Shown here: positions 54,999 through 64,000 of the stretch, in pieces
Position numbering within the stretch: the stretch's first letter is position 1
How the letters are laid out: every line of letters starts with the position of its first letter
DNA from: Tubulanus polymorphus
Taxonomy: Eukaryota > Animalia > Nemertea
DNA: 64,000 nt
Direction of reading: 5' to 3'
NCBI RefSeq assembly: GCF_964204645.1
Contig: NW_027437431.1
Span: 62,001 to 126,000 of the forward strand
Position numbers and translations under genes: made by a program
Notes under the pieces: generated by a model
What the model was told of the DNA's origin: nothing
Seen by the model: only the letters and a program-made list of their open reading frames with translations
Databases searched by the model: none

Positions 54999-56081
54999 AT
55001 GCCATCGTTGAAACGGAGGCGAAACGGATTTACATTGCCCGGTTTACCACATTGCGGTCCATTCAACGATATATCCAGTTACAAAAGCGAAGGAATAGAC
55101 GAAGTGTGCCGTATTCACGACAAAGAGTACGGAGAACTGCAAGAGAAATACGGTAAATGGGCTCCGTACTTCCAGTACAATTCAGCGGATCAGACATTTT
55201 TGGACAGTGCTTCGGGTGTGAACGGTGTAGGTGCGAGACTAACGTCGAGTGTATTCAGAGCAAAACGGGCGTTATTTCCAACAATGGCGGAAGAACCGGC
55301 ATTAAAAAGATCAAAGAGAACGGCGGAAACGGGGAGCGAAGAAGGGAACGCCCAACAAATGATGACTCACATGACGGAAAAGCCGTCACTACACTATAAG
55401 AGCGTGTTAATACATAGAGGTTACCTAACGTTTACGAATTGGGATCCGGACCAGGCGTACGGAGCATTCGGAAGAAAAGCGAAGATTTACTGTTCGGGAA
55501 TGAGAACGTTTAACTTCGGATTAAAAGAAAGAGAAGGATGGAGAAGATTTCCAGCCAGCATGGATACCATAGGGATGTGGGATCAATTCAAAGTGACTTC
55601 GGGTAAAATAACGTTATACCCCATAGCGAGCGAAAGCGCGGTAAGCTCTGATTCGAACGCGTTCCAAGATCCGATAGTATGGTTAAAGACGGCAGCCGAT
55701 TGGGACTTGAAAGTGAAAGACTCGGCCGCCAATACTCACCAGGGATCGCCGTACGCCGATATAAATTTATTAACTCAAAAGCAAAGCTACAGGCAATACG
55801 AATTAGGTCGGGGATGCGTTAGCATGGGATTACCCATGTCGACCATAAGAACCGAAATACAAGACACGAGTGACCCGACAGACGTTACCAGATCGGTGAA
55901 TATCGGGGATAACTCGGCGTGGTTAGACGGAGCGTACCGCGATCATTGGCAATCAGCCGCGCTCATTATGCAAATGTTAGTGTACAACGATTCGATACAC
56001 GCGGATTTAAACACGCCCCATACAGAAATTATCGTTCCAGCGGAAGTGGAGTTTACGATGATTCATAGAAACAGAGTATAA
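54999..56081 (+). CDS. cap: PLA2-capsid protein, copy 17
   Basis: Same protein as copy 1. Confidence 0.88.
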   Translation: MPSLKRRRNGFTLPGLPHCGPFNDISSYKSEGIDEVCRIHDKEYGELQEKYGKWAPYFQYNSADQTFLDSASGVNGVGARLTSSVFRAKRALFPTMAEEPALKRSKRTAETGSEEGNAQQMMTHMTEKPSLHYKSVLIHRGYLTFTNWDPDQAYGAFGRKAKIYCSGMRTFNFGLKEREGWRRFPASMDTIGMWDQFKVTSGKITLYPIASESAVSSDSNAFQDPIVWLKTAADWDLKVKDSAANTHQGSPYADINLLTQKQSYRQYELGRGCVSMGLPMSTIRTEIQDTSDPTDVTRSVNIGDNSAWLDGAYRDHWQSAALIMQMLVYNDSIHADLNTPHTEIIVPAEVEFTMIHRNRV

Positions 56082-56303
56082 TATGATAATAACTTTCCTA
56101 TTCTTGGCATCCGGTTTCCTACACGAGTACAAGTGGCACGTATATACTAAACGTATCATGAGTAGAACGCAACGATTCATGAAAATAAGAGACGAAGTGG
56201 CGAACGAGTGGGTCATCAAACACGACGTCAACGAAAATCGGGTACTAAGGGAACAACACATTACAGAAGTAGCGAAAAGGATATTCTACTACCGGGAAAA
56301 ACA

Positions 56304-57707
56304 ATGGGAACTAAGTCGAGAAACTGGTCGTTCACAACCGACAATCGAGCAGAAGTCTGCCTCGAAAGTCAAATCGGAACGTCAACAGTAACCGTACACA
56401 TAGGTCCGCAAGAAGATCCGGACGGTTACGCGCACGGAGTAATAATAACGTTAGCCAAAGGTACGCAACGACCGTTGAAACAGAGCGAAAACGCGATTAG
56501 ACAACTGTTACACTCGCTAGGCATTAGATTAGTTAACGACTACATCAAACCGACGGAAAAATTAGGCGCCTACATTCAATACATGTACAAAGAAGCCGAC
56601 AAAATACCGGAAGAATTACGAGGTCACTTGGAGGTGAAAAACTCGAAAACGAACGACGACTTTTTCGGCCAAAAGATAAACGCGTTATACGCGGAATACC
56701 AACAAAGACCGGGACTAGCCGATTGGACGGCGAGAATAGTGAAGGAGTTCGGTTACAACGTACCCGAACTGAAAGTGAAAAGATCGTTTAAAAATTGGCC
56801 GGTAAGGGTAAAAGATATTACGAGAAACGCGGGTGACTTTGCGTTGAAAATGACGGACATAACAGAGCCGAAATTGACGCCGGAAATGGGAGTAGAAATT
56901 ATAACGAAATGCCTGGATAACGTTCAATCGGCGATGTGGGATGGTAAACATATAAATAAACGTGACCTGCTGGTAATATTGGTGAACGCGGCGATCGAGG
57001 GAGGTACGAGTAAAATCAGAAACGCGCCTCATATAATATTTTACGGAGATGCCGGGTCTGGTAAATCGATGTTGGCTAAATTATTGTTCCCGGATTCGAT
57101 TACGAGCCAAATGCCGACGGATTCGGAAGGCGTAGGAGCGTGCGAGATGGGAGGAGGACAACGTATATTCAAAGTCGACGACGCCAGCGACGCTTTTTGG
57201 CACAACTCGGGGTTGTTGTCGATGATACTCGCGATGTACCAGTCCACCTGGGAGGCAAAAGTACATTCTAGTAAACAAAGTAACCCGCCGTGTATGACGG
57301 TAATTACGACGAATTGTAAGAATCCGTTAGAGAAGTTCGCCTCTACAGTAGCTTTGGAAGCTGTGGAAAGGAGATTCTTGTCGGTGTATTTCAAAGGTAA
57401 AGCAGATTTGGGAAACGTAGTTTACGACATTACGCCGGGCGTATGCGAAGAAATATTAGAAATAATAGTTAACGAAATTAGACAAGGTAGATATCTGGAC
57501 AACCAAGTCCACTTGGACGACTGGGAAACGGATGATGACGTGGTGATACCGTTCGAAAAAGAAAGAAACTTCATCGAAGCGTACCACGTAGGTCACATGT
57601 CGGACGCGATGCATCAGAATATGGAGGAAAGGTTAAAACGTAAACGTAAAGAAGAAGACGATACGAATGAAACTCTTAAGTTCGCTAAACGCGGGGAAAT
57701 CCTGTAG
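56304..57707 (+). CDS. rep: Rep, copy 17
   Basis: Same protein as copy 1. Confidence 0.9.
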   Translation: MGTKSRNWSFTTDNRAEVCLESQIGTSTVTVHIGPQEDPDGYAHGVIITLAKGTQRPLKQSENAIRQLLHSLGIRLVNDYIKPTEKLGAYIQYMYKEADKIPEELRGHLEVKNSKTNDDFFGQKINALYAEYQQRPGLADWTARIVKEFGYNVPELKVKRSFKNWPVRVKDITRNAGDFALKMTDITEPKLTPEMGVEIITKCLDNVQSAMWDGKHINKRDLLVILVNAAIEGGTSKIRNAPHIIFYGDAGSGKSMLAKLLFPDSITSQMPTDSEGVGACEMGGGQRIFKVDDASDAFWHNSGLLSMILAMYQSTWEAKVHSSKQSNPPCMTVITTNCKNPLEKFASTVALEAVERRFLSVYFKGKADLGNVVYDITPGVCEEILEIIVNEIRQGRYLDNQVHLDDWETDDDVVIPFEKERNFIEAYHVGHMSDAMHQNMEERLKRKRKEEDDTNETLKFAKRGEIL

Positions 57708-58404
57708 TTGGCAATGTAAATAAATCTATAAATAGAATTCTATAAATTTCTCAATTCGTTACTACCAGTGGACCCGCAGACCCGCGGACCCACTGGCTGT
57801 TCGTTTTTCATGGTCTACCCCCCCTTATATATATAATAAGGAAAGAGAAGGAGGGTCCGCGGGTCCGCGGGTCTGCGGTATTCTCTAAACCGAGAATCGA
57901 AAAGTTAATGAAACTAGGTCGGAAAGATAACAAATTATTATTCAATATATCCTAAAGCTTCTACGAGGTTGGTCACGCGCTCGCTACGCTCGCCAGCGTG
58001 ACACAACCTCGTGGACGCTCCAAAGATAATGAGTATGTGCTTGATAATGAGTGAATTAATTGGGAACCCTATAGCGGGTAAAAGGTAAGAAGTAGAAATT
58101 ATAGGGTTAGGGGTTATCATTATACTCGGATGCCCACAGCCCGTGGTGGTCTGTGACAGTGGAGGTTAGTTAAAGTTCGAGGCGTGTGACTAGTCGGGGG
58201 GAATAACATAGGCGGCTACGCCGCGATAGTTAGTCGGCAAGGTCGGCTGCGCCTCCGGCGGTACAGATTACATCTGAGTGTATTAGTCTACCAACGGAAG
58301 CCCAAACCCTAAATAATATTAGTCGGAAAAATCTGAGTTAGAGGGTCGCAACCGGTTCAAACAATTTAACATCTCATACAGGTGACTCGTACTTTTAGTA
58401 TCAA

Positions 58405-59487
58405 ATGCCATCGTTGAAACGGAGGCGAAACGGATTTACATTGCCCGGTTTACCACATTGCGGTCCATTCAACGATATATCCAGTTACAAAAGCGAAGGA
58501 ATAGACGAAGTGTGCCGTATTCACGACAAAGAGTACGGAGAACTGCAAGAGAAATACGGTAAATGGGCTCCGTACTTCCAGTACAATTCAGCGGATCAGA
58601 CATTTTTGGACAGTGCTTCGGGTGTGAACGGTGTAGGTGCGAGACTAACGTCGAGTGTATTCAGAGCAAAACGGGCGTTATTTCCAACAATGGCGGAAGA
58701 ACCGGCATTAAAAAGATCAAAGAGAACGGCGGAAACGGGGAGCGAAGAAGGGAACGCCCAACAAATGATGACTCACATGACGGAAAAGCCGTCACTACAC
58801 TATAAGAGCGTGTTAATACATAGAGGTTACCTAACGTTTACGAATTGGGATCCGGACCAGGCGTACGGAGCATTCGGAAGAAAAGCGAAGATTTACTGTT
58901 CGGGAATGAGAACGTTTAACTTCGGATTAAAAGAAAGAGAAGGATGGAGAAGATTTCCAGCCAGCATGGATACCATAGGGATGTGGGATCAATTCAAAGT
59001 GACTTCGGGTAAAATAACGTTATACCCCATAGCGAGCGAAAGCGCGGTAAGCTCTGATTCGAACGCGTTCCAAGATCCGATAGTATGGTTAAAGACGGCA
59101 GCCGATTGGGACTTGAAAGTGAAAGACTCGGCCGCCAATACTCACCAGGGATCGCCGTACGCCGATATAAATTTATTAACTCAAAAGCAAAGCTACAGGC
59201 AATACGAATTAGGTCGGGGATGCGTTAGCATGGGATTACCCATGTCGACCATAAGAACCGAAATACAAGACACGAGTGACCCGACAGACGTTACCAGATC
59301 GGTGAATATCGGGGATAACTCGGCGTGGTTAGACGGAGCGTACCGCGATCATTGGCAATCAGCCGCGCTCATTATGCAAATGTTAGTGTACAACGATTCG
59401 ATACACGCGGATTTAAACACGCCCCATACAGAAATTATCGTTCCAGCGGAAGTGGAGTTTACGATGATTCATAGAAACAGAGTATAA
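58405..59487 (+). CDS. cap: PLA2-capsid protein, copy 18
   Basis: Same protein as copy 1. Confidence 0.88.
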   Translation: MPSLKRRRNGFTLPGLPHCGPFNDISSYKSEGIDEVCRIHDKEYGELQEKYGKWAPYFQYNSADQTFLDSASGVNGVGARLTSSVFRAKRALFPTMAEEPALKRSKRTAETGSEEGNAQQMMTHMTEKPSLHYKSVLIHRGYLTFTNWDPDQAYGAFGRKAKIYCSGMRTFNFGLKEREGWRRFPASMDTIGMWDQFKVTSGKITLYPIASESAVSSDSNAFQDPIVWLKTAADWDLKVKDSAANTHQGSPYADINLLTQKQSYRQYELGRGCVSMGLPMSTIRTEIQDTSDPTDVTRSVNIGDNSAWLDGAYRDHWQSAALIMQMLVYNDSIHADLNTPHTEIIVPAEVEFTMIHRNRV

Positions 59488-59709
59488 TATGATAATAACT
59501 TTCCTATTCTTGGCATCCGGTTTCCTACACGAGTACAAGTGGCACGTATATACTAAACGTATCATGAGTAGAACGCAACGATTCATGAAAATAAGAGACG
59601 AAGTGGCGAACGAGTGGGTCATCAAACACGACGTCAACGAAAATCGGGTACTAAGGGAACAACACATTACAGAAGTAGCGAAAAGGATATTCTACTACCG
59701 GGAAAAACA

Positions 59710-61113
59710 ATGGGAACTAAGTCGAGAAACTGGTCGTTCACAACCGACAATCGAGCAGAAGTCTGCCTCGAAAGTCAAATCGGAACGTCAACAGTAACCG
59801 TACACATAGGTCCGCAAGAAGATCCGGACGGTTACGCGCACGGAGTAATAATAACGTTAGCCAAAGGTACGCAACGACCGTTGAAACAGAGCGAAAACGC
59901 GATTAGACAACTGTTACACTCGCTAGGCATTAGATTAGTTAACGACTACATCAAACCGACGGAAAAATTAGGCGCCTACATTCAATACATGTACAAAGAA
60001 GCCGACAAAATACCGGAAGAATTACGAGGTCACTTGGAGGTGAAAAACTCGAAAACGAACGACGACTTTTTCGGCCAAAAGATAAACGCGTTATACGCGG
60101 AATACCAACAAAGACCGGGACTAGCCGATTGGACGGCGAGAATAGTGAAGGAGTTCGGTTACAACGTACCCGAACTGAAAGTGAAAAGATCGTTTAAAAA
60201 TTGGCCGGTAAGGGTAAAAGATATTACGAGAAACGCGGGTGACTTTGCGTTGAAAATGACGGACATAACAGAGCCGAAATTGACGCCGGAAATGGGAGTA
60301 GAAATTATAACGAAATGCCTGGATAACGTTCAATCGGCGATGTGGGATGGTAAACATATAAATAAACGTGACCTGCTGGTAATATTGGTGAACGCGGCGA
60401 TCGAGGGAGGTACGAGTAAAATCAGAAACGCGCCTCATATAATATTTTACGGAGATGCCGGGTCTGGTAAATCGATGTTGGCTAAATTATTGTTCCCGGA
60501 TTCGATTACGAGCCAAATGCCGACGGATTCGGAAGGCGTAGGAGCGTGCGAGATGGGAGGAGGACAACGTATATTCAAAGTCGACGACGCCAGCGACGCT
60601 TTTTGGCACAACTCGGGGTTGTTGTCGATGATACTCGCGATGTACCAGTCCACCTGGGAGGCAAAAGTACATTCTAGTAAACAAAGTAACCCGCCGTGTA
60701 TGACGGTAATTACGACGAATTGTAAGAATCCGTTAGAGAAGTTCGCCTCTACAGTAGCTTTGGAAGCTGTGGAAAGGAGATTCTTGTCGGTGTATTTCAA
60801 AGGTAAAGCAGATTTGGGAAACGTAGTTTACGACATTACGCCGGGCGTATGCGAAGAAATATTAGAAATAATAGTTAACGAAATTAGACAAGGTAGATAT
60901 CTGGACAACCAAGTCCACTTGGACGACTGGGAAACGGATGATGACGTGGTGATACCGTTCGAAAAAGAAAGAAACTTCATCGAAGCGTACCACGTAGGTC
61001 ACATGTCGGACGCGATGCATCAGAATATGGAGGAAAGGTTAAAACGTAAACGTAAAGAAGAAGACGATACGAATGAAACTCTTAAGTTCGCTAAACGCGG
61101 GGAAATCCTGTAG
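59710..61113 (+). CDS. rep: Rep, copy 18
   Basis: Same protein as copy 1. Confidence 0.9.
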   Translation: MGTKSRNWSFTTDNRAEVCLESQIGTSTVTVHIGPQEDPDGYAHGVIITLAKGTQRPLKQSENAIRQLLHSLGIRLVNDYIKPTEKLGAYIQYMYKEADKIPEELRGHLEVKNSKTNDDFFGQKINALYAEYQQRPGLADWTARIVKEFGYNVPELKVKRSFKNWPVRVKDITRNAGDFALKMTDITEPKLTPEMGVEIITKCLDNVQSAMWDGKHINKRDLLVILVNAAIEGGTSKIRNAPHIIFYGDAGSGKSMLAKLLFPDSITSQMPTDSEGVGACEMGGGQRIFKVDDASDAFWHNSGLLSMILAMYQSTWEAKVHSSKQSNPPCMTVITTNCKNPLEKFASTVALEAVERRFLSVYFKGKADLGNVVYDITPGVCEEILEIIVNEIRQGRYLDNQVHLDDWETDDDVVIPFEKERNFIEAYHVGHMSDAMHQNMEERLKRKRKEEDDTNETLKFAKRGEIL

Positions 61114-61810
61114 TTGGCAATGTAAATAAATCTATAAATAGAATTCTATAAATTTCTCAATTCGTTACTACCAGTGGACCCGCAGACCCGCGGACCCACT
61201 GGCTGTTCGTTTTTCATGGTCTACCCCCCCTTATATATATAATAAGGAAAGAGAAGGAGGGTCCGCGGGTCCGCGGGTCTGCGGTATTCTCTAAACCGAG
61301 AATCGAAAAGTTAATGAAACTAGGTCGGAAAGATAACAAATTATTATTCAATATATCCTAAAGCTTCTACGAGGTTGGTCACGCGCTCGCTACGCTCGCC
61401 AGCGTGACACAACCTCGTGGACGCTCCAAAGATAATGAGTATGTGCTTGATAATGAGTGAATTAATTGGGAACCCTATAGCGGGTAAAAGGTAAGAAGTA
61501 GAAATTATAGGGTTAGGGGTTATCATTATACTCGGATGCCCACAGCCCGTGGTGGTCTGTGACAGTGGAGGTTAGTTAAAGTTCGAGGCGTGTGACTAGT
61601 CGGGGGGAATAACATAGGCGGCTACGCCGCGATAGTTAGTCGGCAAGGTCGGCTGCGCCTCCGGCGGTACAGATTACATCTGAGTGTATTAGTCTACCAA
61701 CGGAAGCCCAAACCCTAAATAATATTAGTCGGAAAAATCTGAGTTAGAGGGTCGCAACCGGTTCAAACAATTTAACATCTCATACAGGTGACTCGTACTT
61801 TTAGTATCAA

Positions 61811-62893
61811 ATGCCATCGTTGAAACGGAGGCGAAACGGATTTACATTGCCCGGTTTACCACATTGCGGTCCATTCAACGATATATCCAGTTACAAAAGC
61901 GAAGGAATAGACGAAGTGTGCCGTATTCACGACAAAGAGTACGGAGAACTGCAAGAGAAATACGGTAAATGGGCTCCGTACTTCCAGTACAATTCAGCGG
62001 ATCAGACATTTTTGGACAGTGCTTCGGGTGTGAACGGTGTAGGTGCGAGACTAACGTCGAGTGTATTCAGAGCAAAACGGGCGTTATTTCCAACAATGGC
62101 GGAAGAACCGGCATTAAAAAGATCAAAGAGAACGGCGGAAACGGGGAGCGAAGAAGGGAACGCCCAACAAATGATGACTCACATGACGGAAAAGCCGTCA
62201 CTACACTATAAGAGCGTGTTAATACATAGAGGTTACCTAACGTTTACGAATTGGGATCCGGACCAGGCGTACGGAGCATTCGGAAGAAAAGCGAAGATTT
62301 ACTGTTCGGGAATGAGAACGTTTAACTTCGGATTAAAAGAAAGAGAAGGATGGAGAAGATTTCCAGCCAGCATGGATACCATAGGGATGTGGGATCAATT
62401 CAAAGTGACTTCGGGTAAAATAACGTTATACCCCATAGCGAGCGAAAGCGCGGTAAGCTCTGATTCGAACGCGTTCCAAGATCCGATAGTATGGTTAAAG
62501 ACGGCAGCCGATTGGGACTTGAAAGTGAAAGACTCGGCCGCCAATACTCACCAGGGATCGCCGTACGCCGATATAAATTTATTAACTCAAAAGCAAAGCT
62601 ACAGGCAATACGAATTAGGTCGGGGATGCGTTAGCATGGGATTACCCATGTCGACCATAAGAACCGAAATACAAGACACGAGTGACCCGACAGACGTTAC
62701 CAGATCGGTGAATATCGGGGATAACTCGGCGTGGTTAGACGGAGCGTACCGCGATCATTGGCAATCAGCCGCGCTCATTATGCAAATGTTAGTGTACAAC
62801 GATTCGATACACGCGGATTTAAACACGCCCCATACAGAAATTATCGTTCCAGCGGAAGTGGAGTTTACGATGATTCATAGAAACAGAGTATAA
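61811..62893 (+). CDS. cap: PLA2-capsid protein, copy 19
   Basis: Same protein as copy 1. Confidence 0.88.
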   Translation: MPSLKRRRNGFTLPGLPHCGPFNDISSYKSEGIDEVCRIHDKEYGELQEKYGKWAPYFQYNSADQTFLDSASGVNGVGARLTSSVFRAKRALFPTMAEEPALKRSKRTAETGSEEGNAQQMMTHMTEKPSLHYKSVLIHRGYLTFTNWDPDQAYGAFGRKAKIYCSGMRTFNFGLKEREGWRRFPASMDTIGMWDQFKVTSGKITLYPIASESAVSSDSNAFQDPIVWLKTAADWDLKVKDSAANTHQGSPYADINLLTQKQSYRQYELGRGCVSMGLPMSTIRTEIQDTSDPTDVTRSVNIGDNSAWLDGAYRDHWQSAALIMQMLVYNDSIHADLNTPHTEIIVPAEVEFTMIHRNRV

Positions 62894-63115
62894 TATGATA
62901 ATAACTTTCCTATTCTTGGCATCCGGTTTCCTACACGAGTACAAGTGGCACGTATATACTAAACGTATCATGAGTAGAACGCAACGATTCATGAAAATAA
63001 GAGACGAAGTGGCGAACGAGTGGGTCATCAAACACGACGTCAACGAAAATCGGGTACTAAGGGAACAACACATTACAGAAGTAGCGAAAAGGATATTCTA
63101 CTACCGGGAAAAACA

Positions 63116-64000
63116 ATGGGAACTAAGTCGAGAAACTGGTCGTTCACAACCGACAATCGAGCAGAAGTCTGCCTCGAAAGTCAAATCGGAACGTCAACAG
63201 TAACCGTACACATAGGTCCGCAAGAAGATCCGGACGGTTACGCGCACGGAGTAATAATAACGTTAGCCAAAGGTACGCAACGACCGTTGAAACAGAGCGA
63301 AAACGCGATTAGACAACTGTTACACTCGCTAGGCATTAGATTAGTTAACGACTACATCAAACCGACGGAAAAATTAGGCGCCTACATTCAATACATGTAC
63401 AAAGAAGCCGACAAAATACCGGAAGAATTACGAGGTCACTTGGAGGTGAAAAACTCGAAAACGAACGACGACTTTTTCGGCCAAAAGATAAACGCGTTAT
63501 ACGCGGAATACCAACAAAGACCGGGACTAGCCGATTGGACGGCGAGAATAGTGAAGGAGTTCGGTTACAACGTACCCGAACTGAAAGTGAAAAGATCGTT
63601 TAAAAATTGGCCGGTAAGGGTAAAAGATATTACGAGAAACGCGGGTGACTTTGCGTTGAAAATGACGGACATAACAGAGCCGAAATTGACGCCGGAAATG
63701 GGAGTAGAAATTATAACGAAATGCCTGGATAACGTTCAATCGGCGATGTGGGATGGTAAACATATAAATAAACGTGACCTGCTGGTAATATTGGTGAACG
63801 CGGCGATCGAGGGAGGTACGAGTAAAATCAGAAACGCGCCTCATATAATATTTTACGGAGATGCCGGGTCTGGTAAATCGATGTTGGCTAAATTATTGTT
63901 CCCGGATTCGATTACGAGCCAAATGCCGACGGATTCGGAAGGCGTAGGAGCGTGCGAGATGGGAGGAGGACAACGTATATTCAAAGTCGACGACGCCAGC
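63116..64000 (+). CDS. rep: Rep, copy 19 (cut by window end just after Walker B)
   Basis: Matches copy 1 positions 1807-2691; open to the window edge. Confidence 0.85.
   Translation, partial: MGTKSRNWSFTTDNRAEVCLESQIGTSTVTVHIGPQEDPDGYAHGVIITLAKGTQRPLKQSENAIRQLLHSLGIRLVNDYIKPTEKLGAYIQYMYKEADKIPEELRGHLEVKNSKTNDDFFGQKINALYAEYQQRPGLADWTARIVKEFGYNVPELKVKRSFKNWPVRVKDITRNAGDFALKMTDITEPKLTPEMGVEIITKCLDNVQSAMWDGKHINKRDLLVILVNAAIEGGTSKIRNAPHIIFYGDAGSGKSMLAKLLFPDSITSQMPTDSEGVGACEMGGGQRIFKVDDAS

Larger units (their letters stand above)
1..64000 (+). repeat. Head-to-tail tandem array, ~18.8 copies of a 3,406-bp unit
   Basis: The same ORF set recurs every 3,406 bp (502, 3908, 7314, ...), with one +1 shift after copy 4. 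All copies are in the same orientation and the array runs off both window ends. Confidence 0.99.

Noticed and set aside
1-64000. Interpretation as a bacterial plasmid/phage, Helitron or canonical parvovirus
   Set aside because: Kozak, polyA and NLS signals plus PLA2 indicate a eukaryotic virus. The helicase is SF3 rather than the Helitron PIF1/SF1 type. There are no long terminal hairpins or inverted junctions and the capsid is too short for a typical parvovirus.

Overview
The whole 64-kb window is one head-to-tail tandem array (about 18.8 copies, no host flanks visible) of a 3,406-bp unit; copy 4 is 3,407 bp. The unit looks like a complete small eukaryotic ssDNA-virus genome with all genes on the + strand. 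It carries (i) a 360-aa capsid whose N-terminal ~95 aa is a parvovirus VP1-type phospholipase A2 domain, fused to a short (~265 aa) body with a circovirus/CRESS-like jelly-roll motif; (ii) a small overlapping ORF; (iii) a Rep/NS1-like HUH endonuclease-SF3 helicase; and (iv) a ~700-bp structured intergenic region with inverted 8-bp iterons around an AT-rich palindrome, a GCTC-loop hairpin and a polyA signal. No inverted (head-to-head) junctions or parvoviral terminal hairpins are seen, so the unit behaves like a circular genome: a parvovirus/CRESS chimera. Copies are nearly identical. The few variants I spotted include two shared only by adjacent copies, which favours a real, recently amplified chromosomal array of an intact endogenous virus, although an RCA or assembly concatemer cannot be excluded from sequence alone. 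Family assignments rest on motif recognition, not database searches. Copy offsets to add to copy-1 coordinates: 0, 3406, 6812, 10218, 13625, 17031, 20437, 23843, 27249, 30655, 34061, 37467, 40873, 44279, 47685, 51091, 54497, 57903, 61309.
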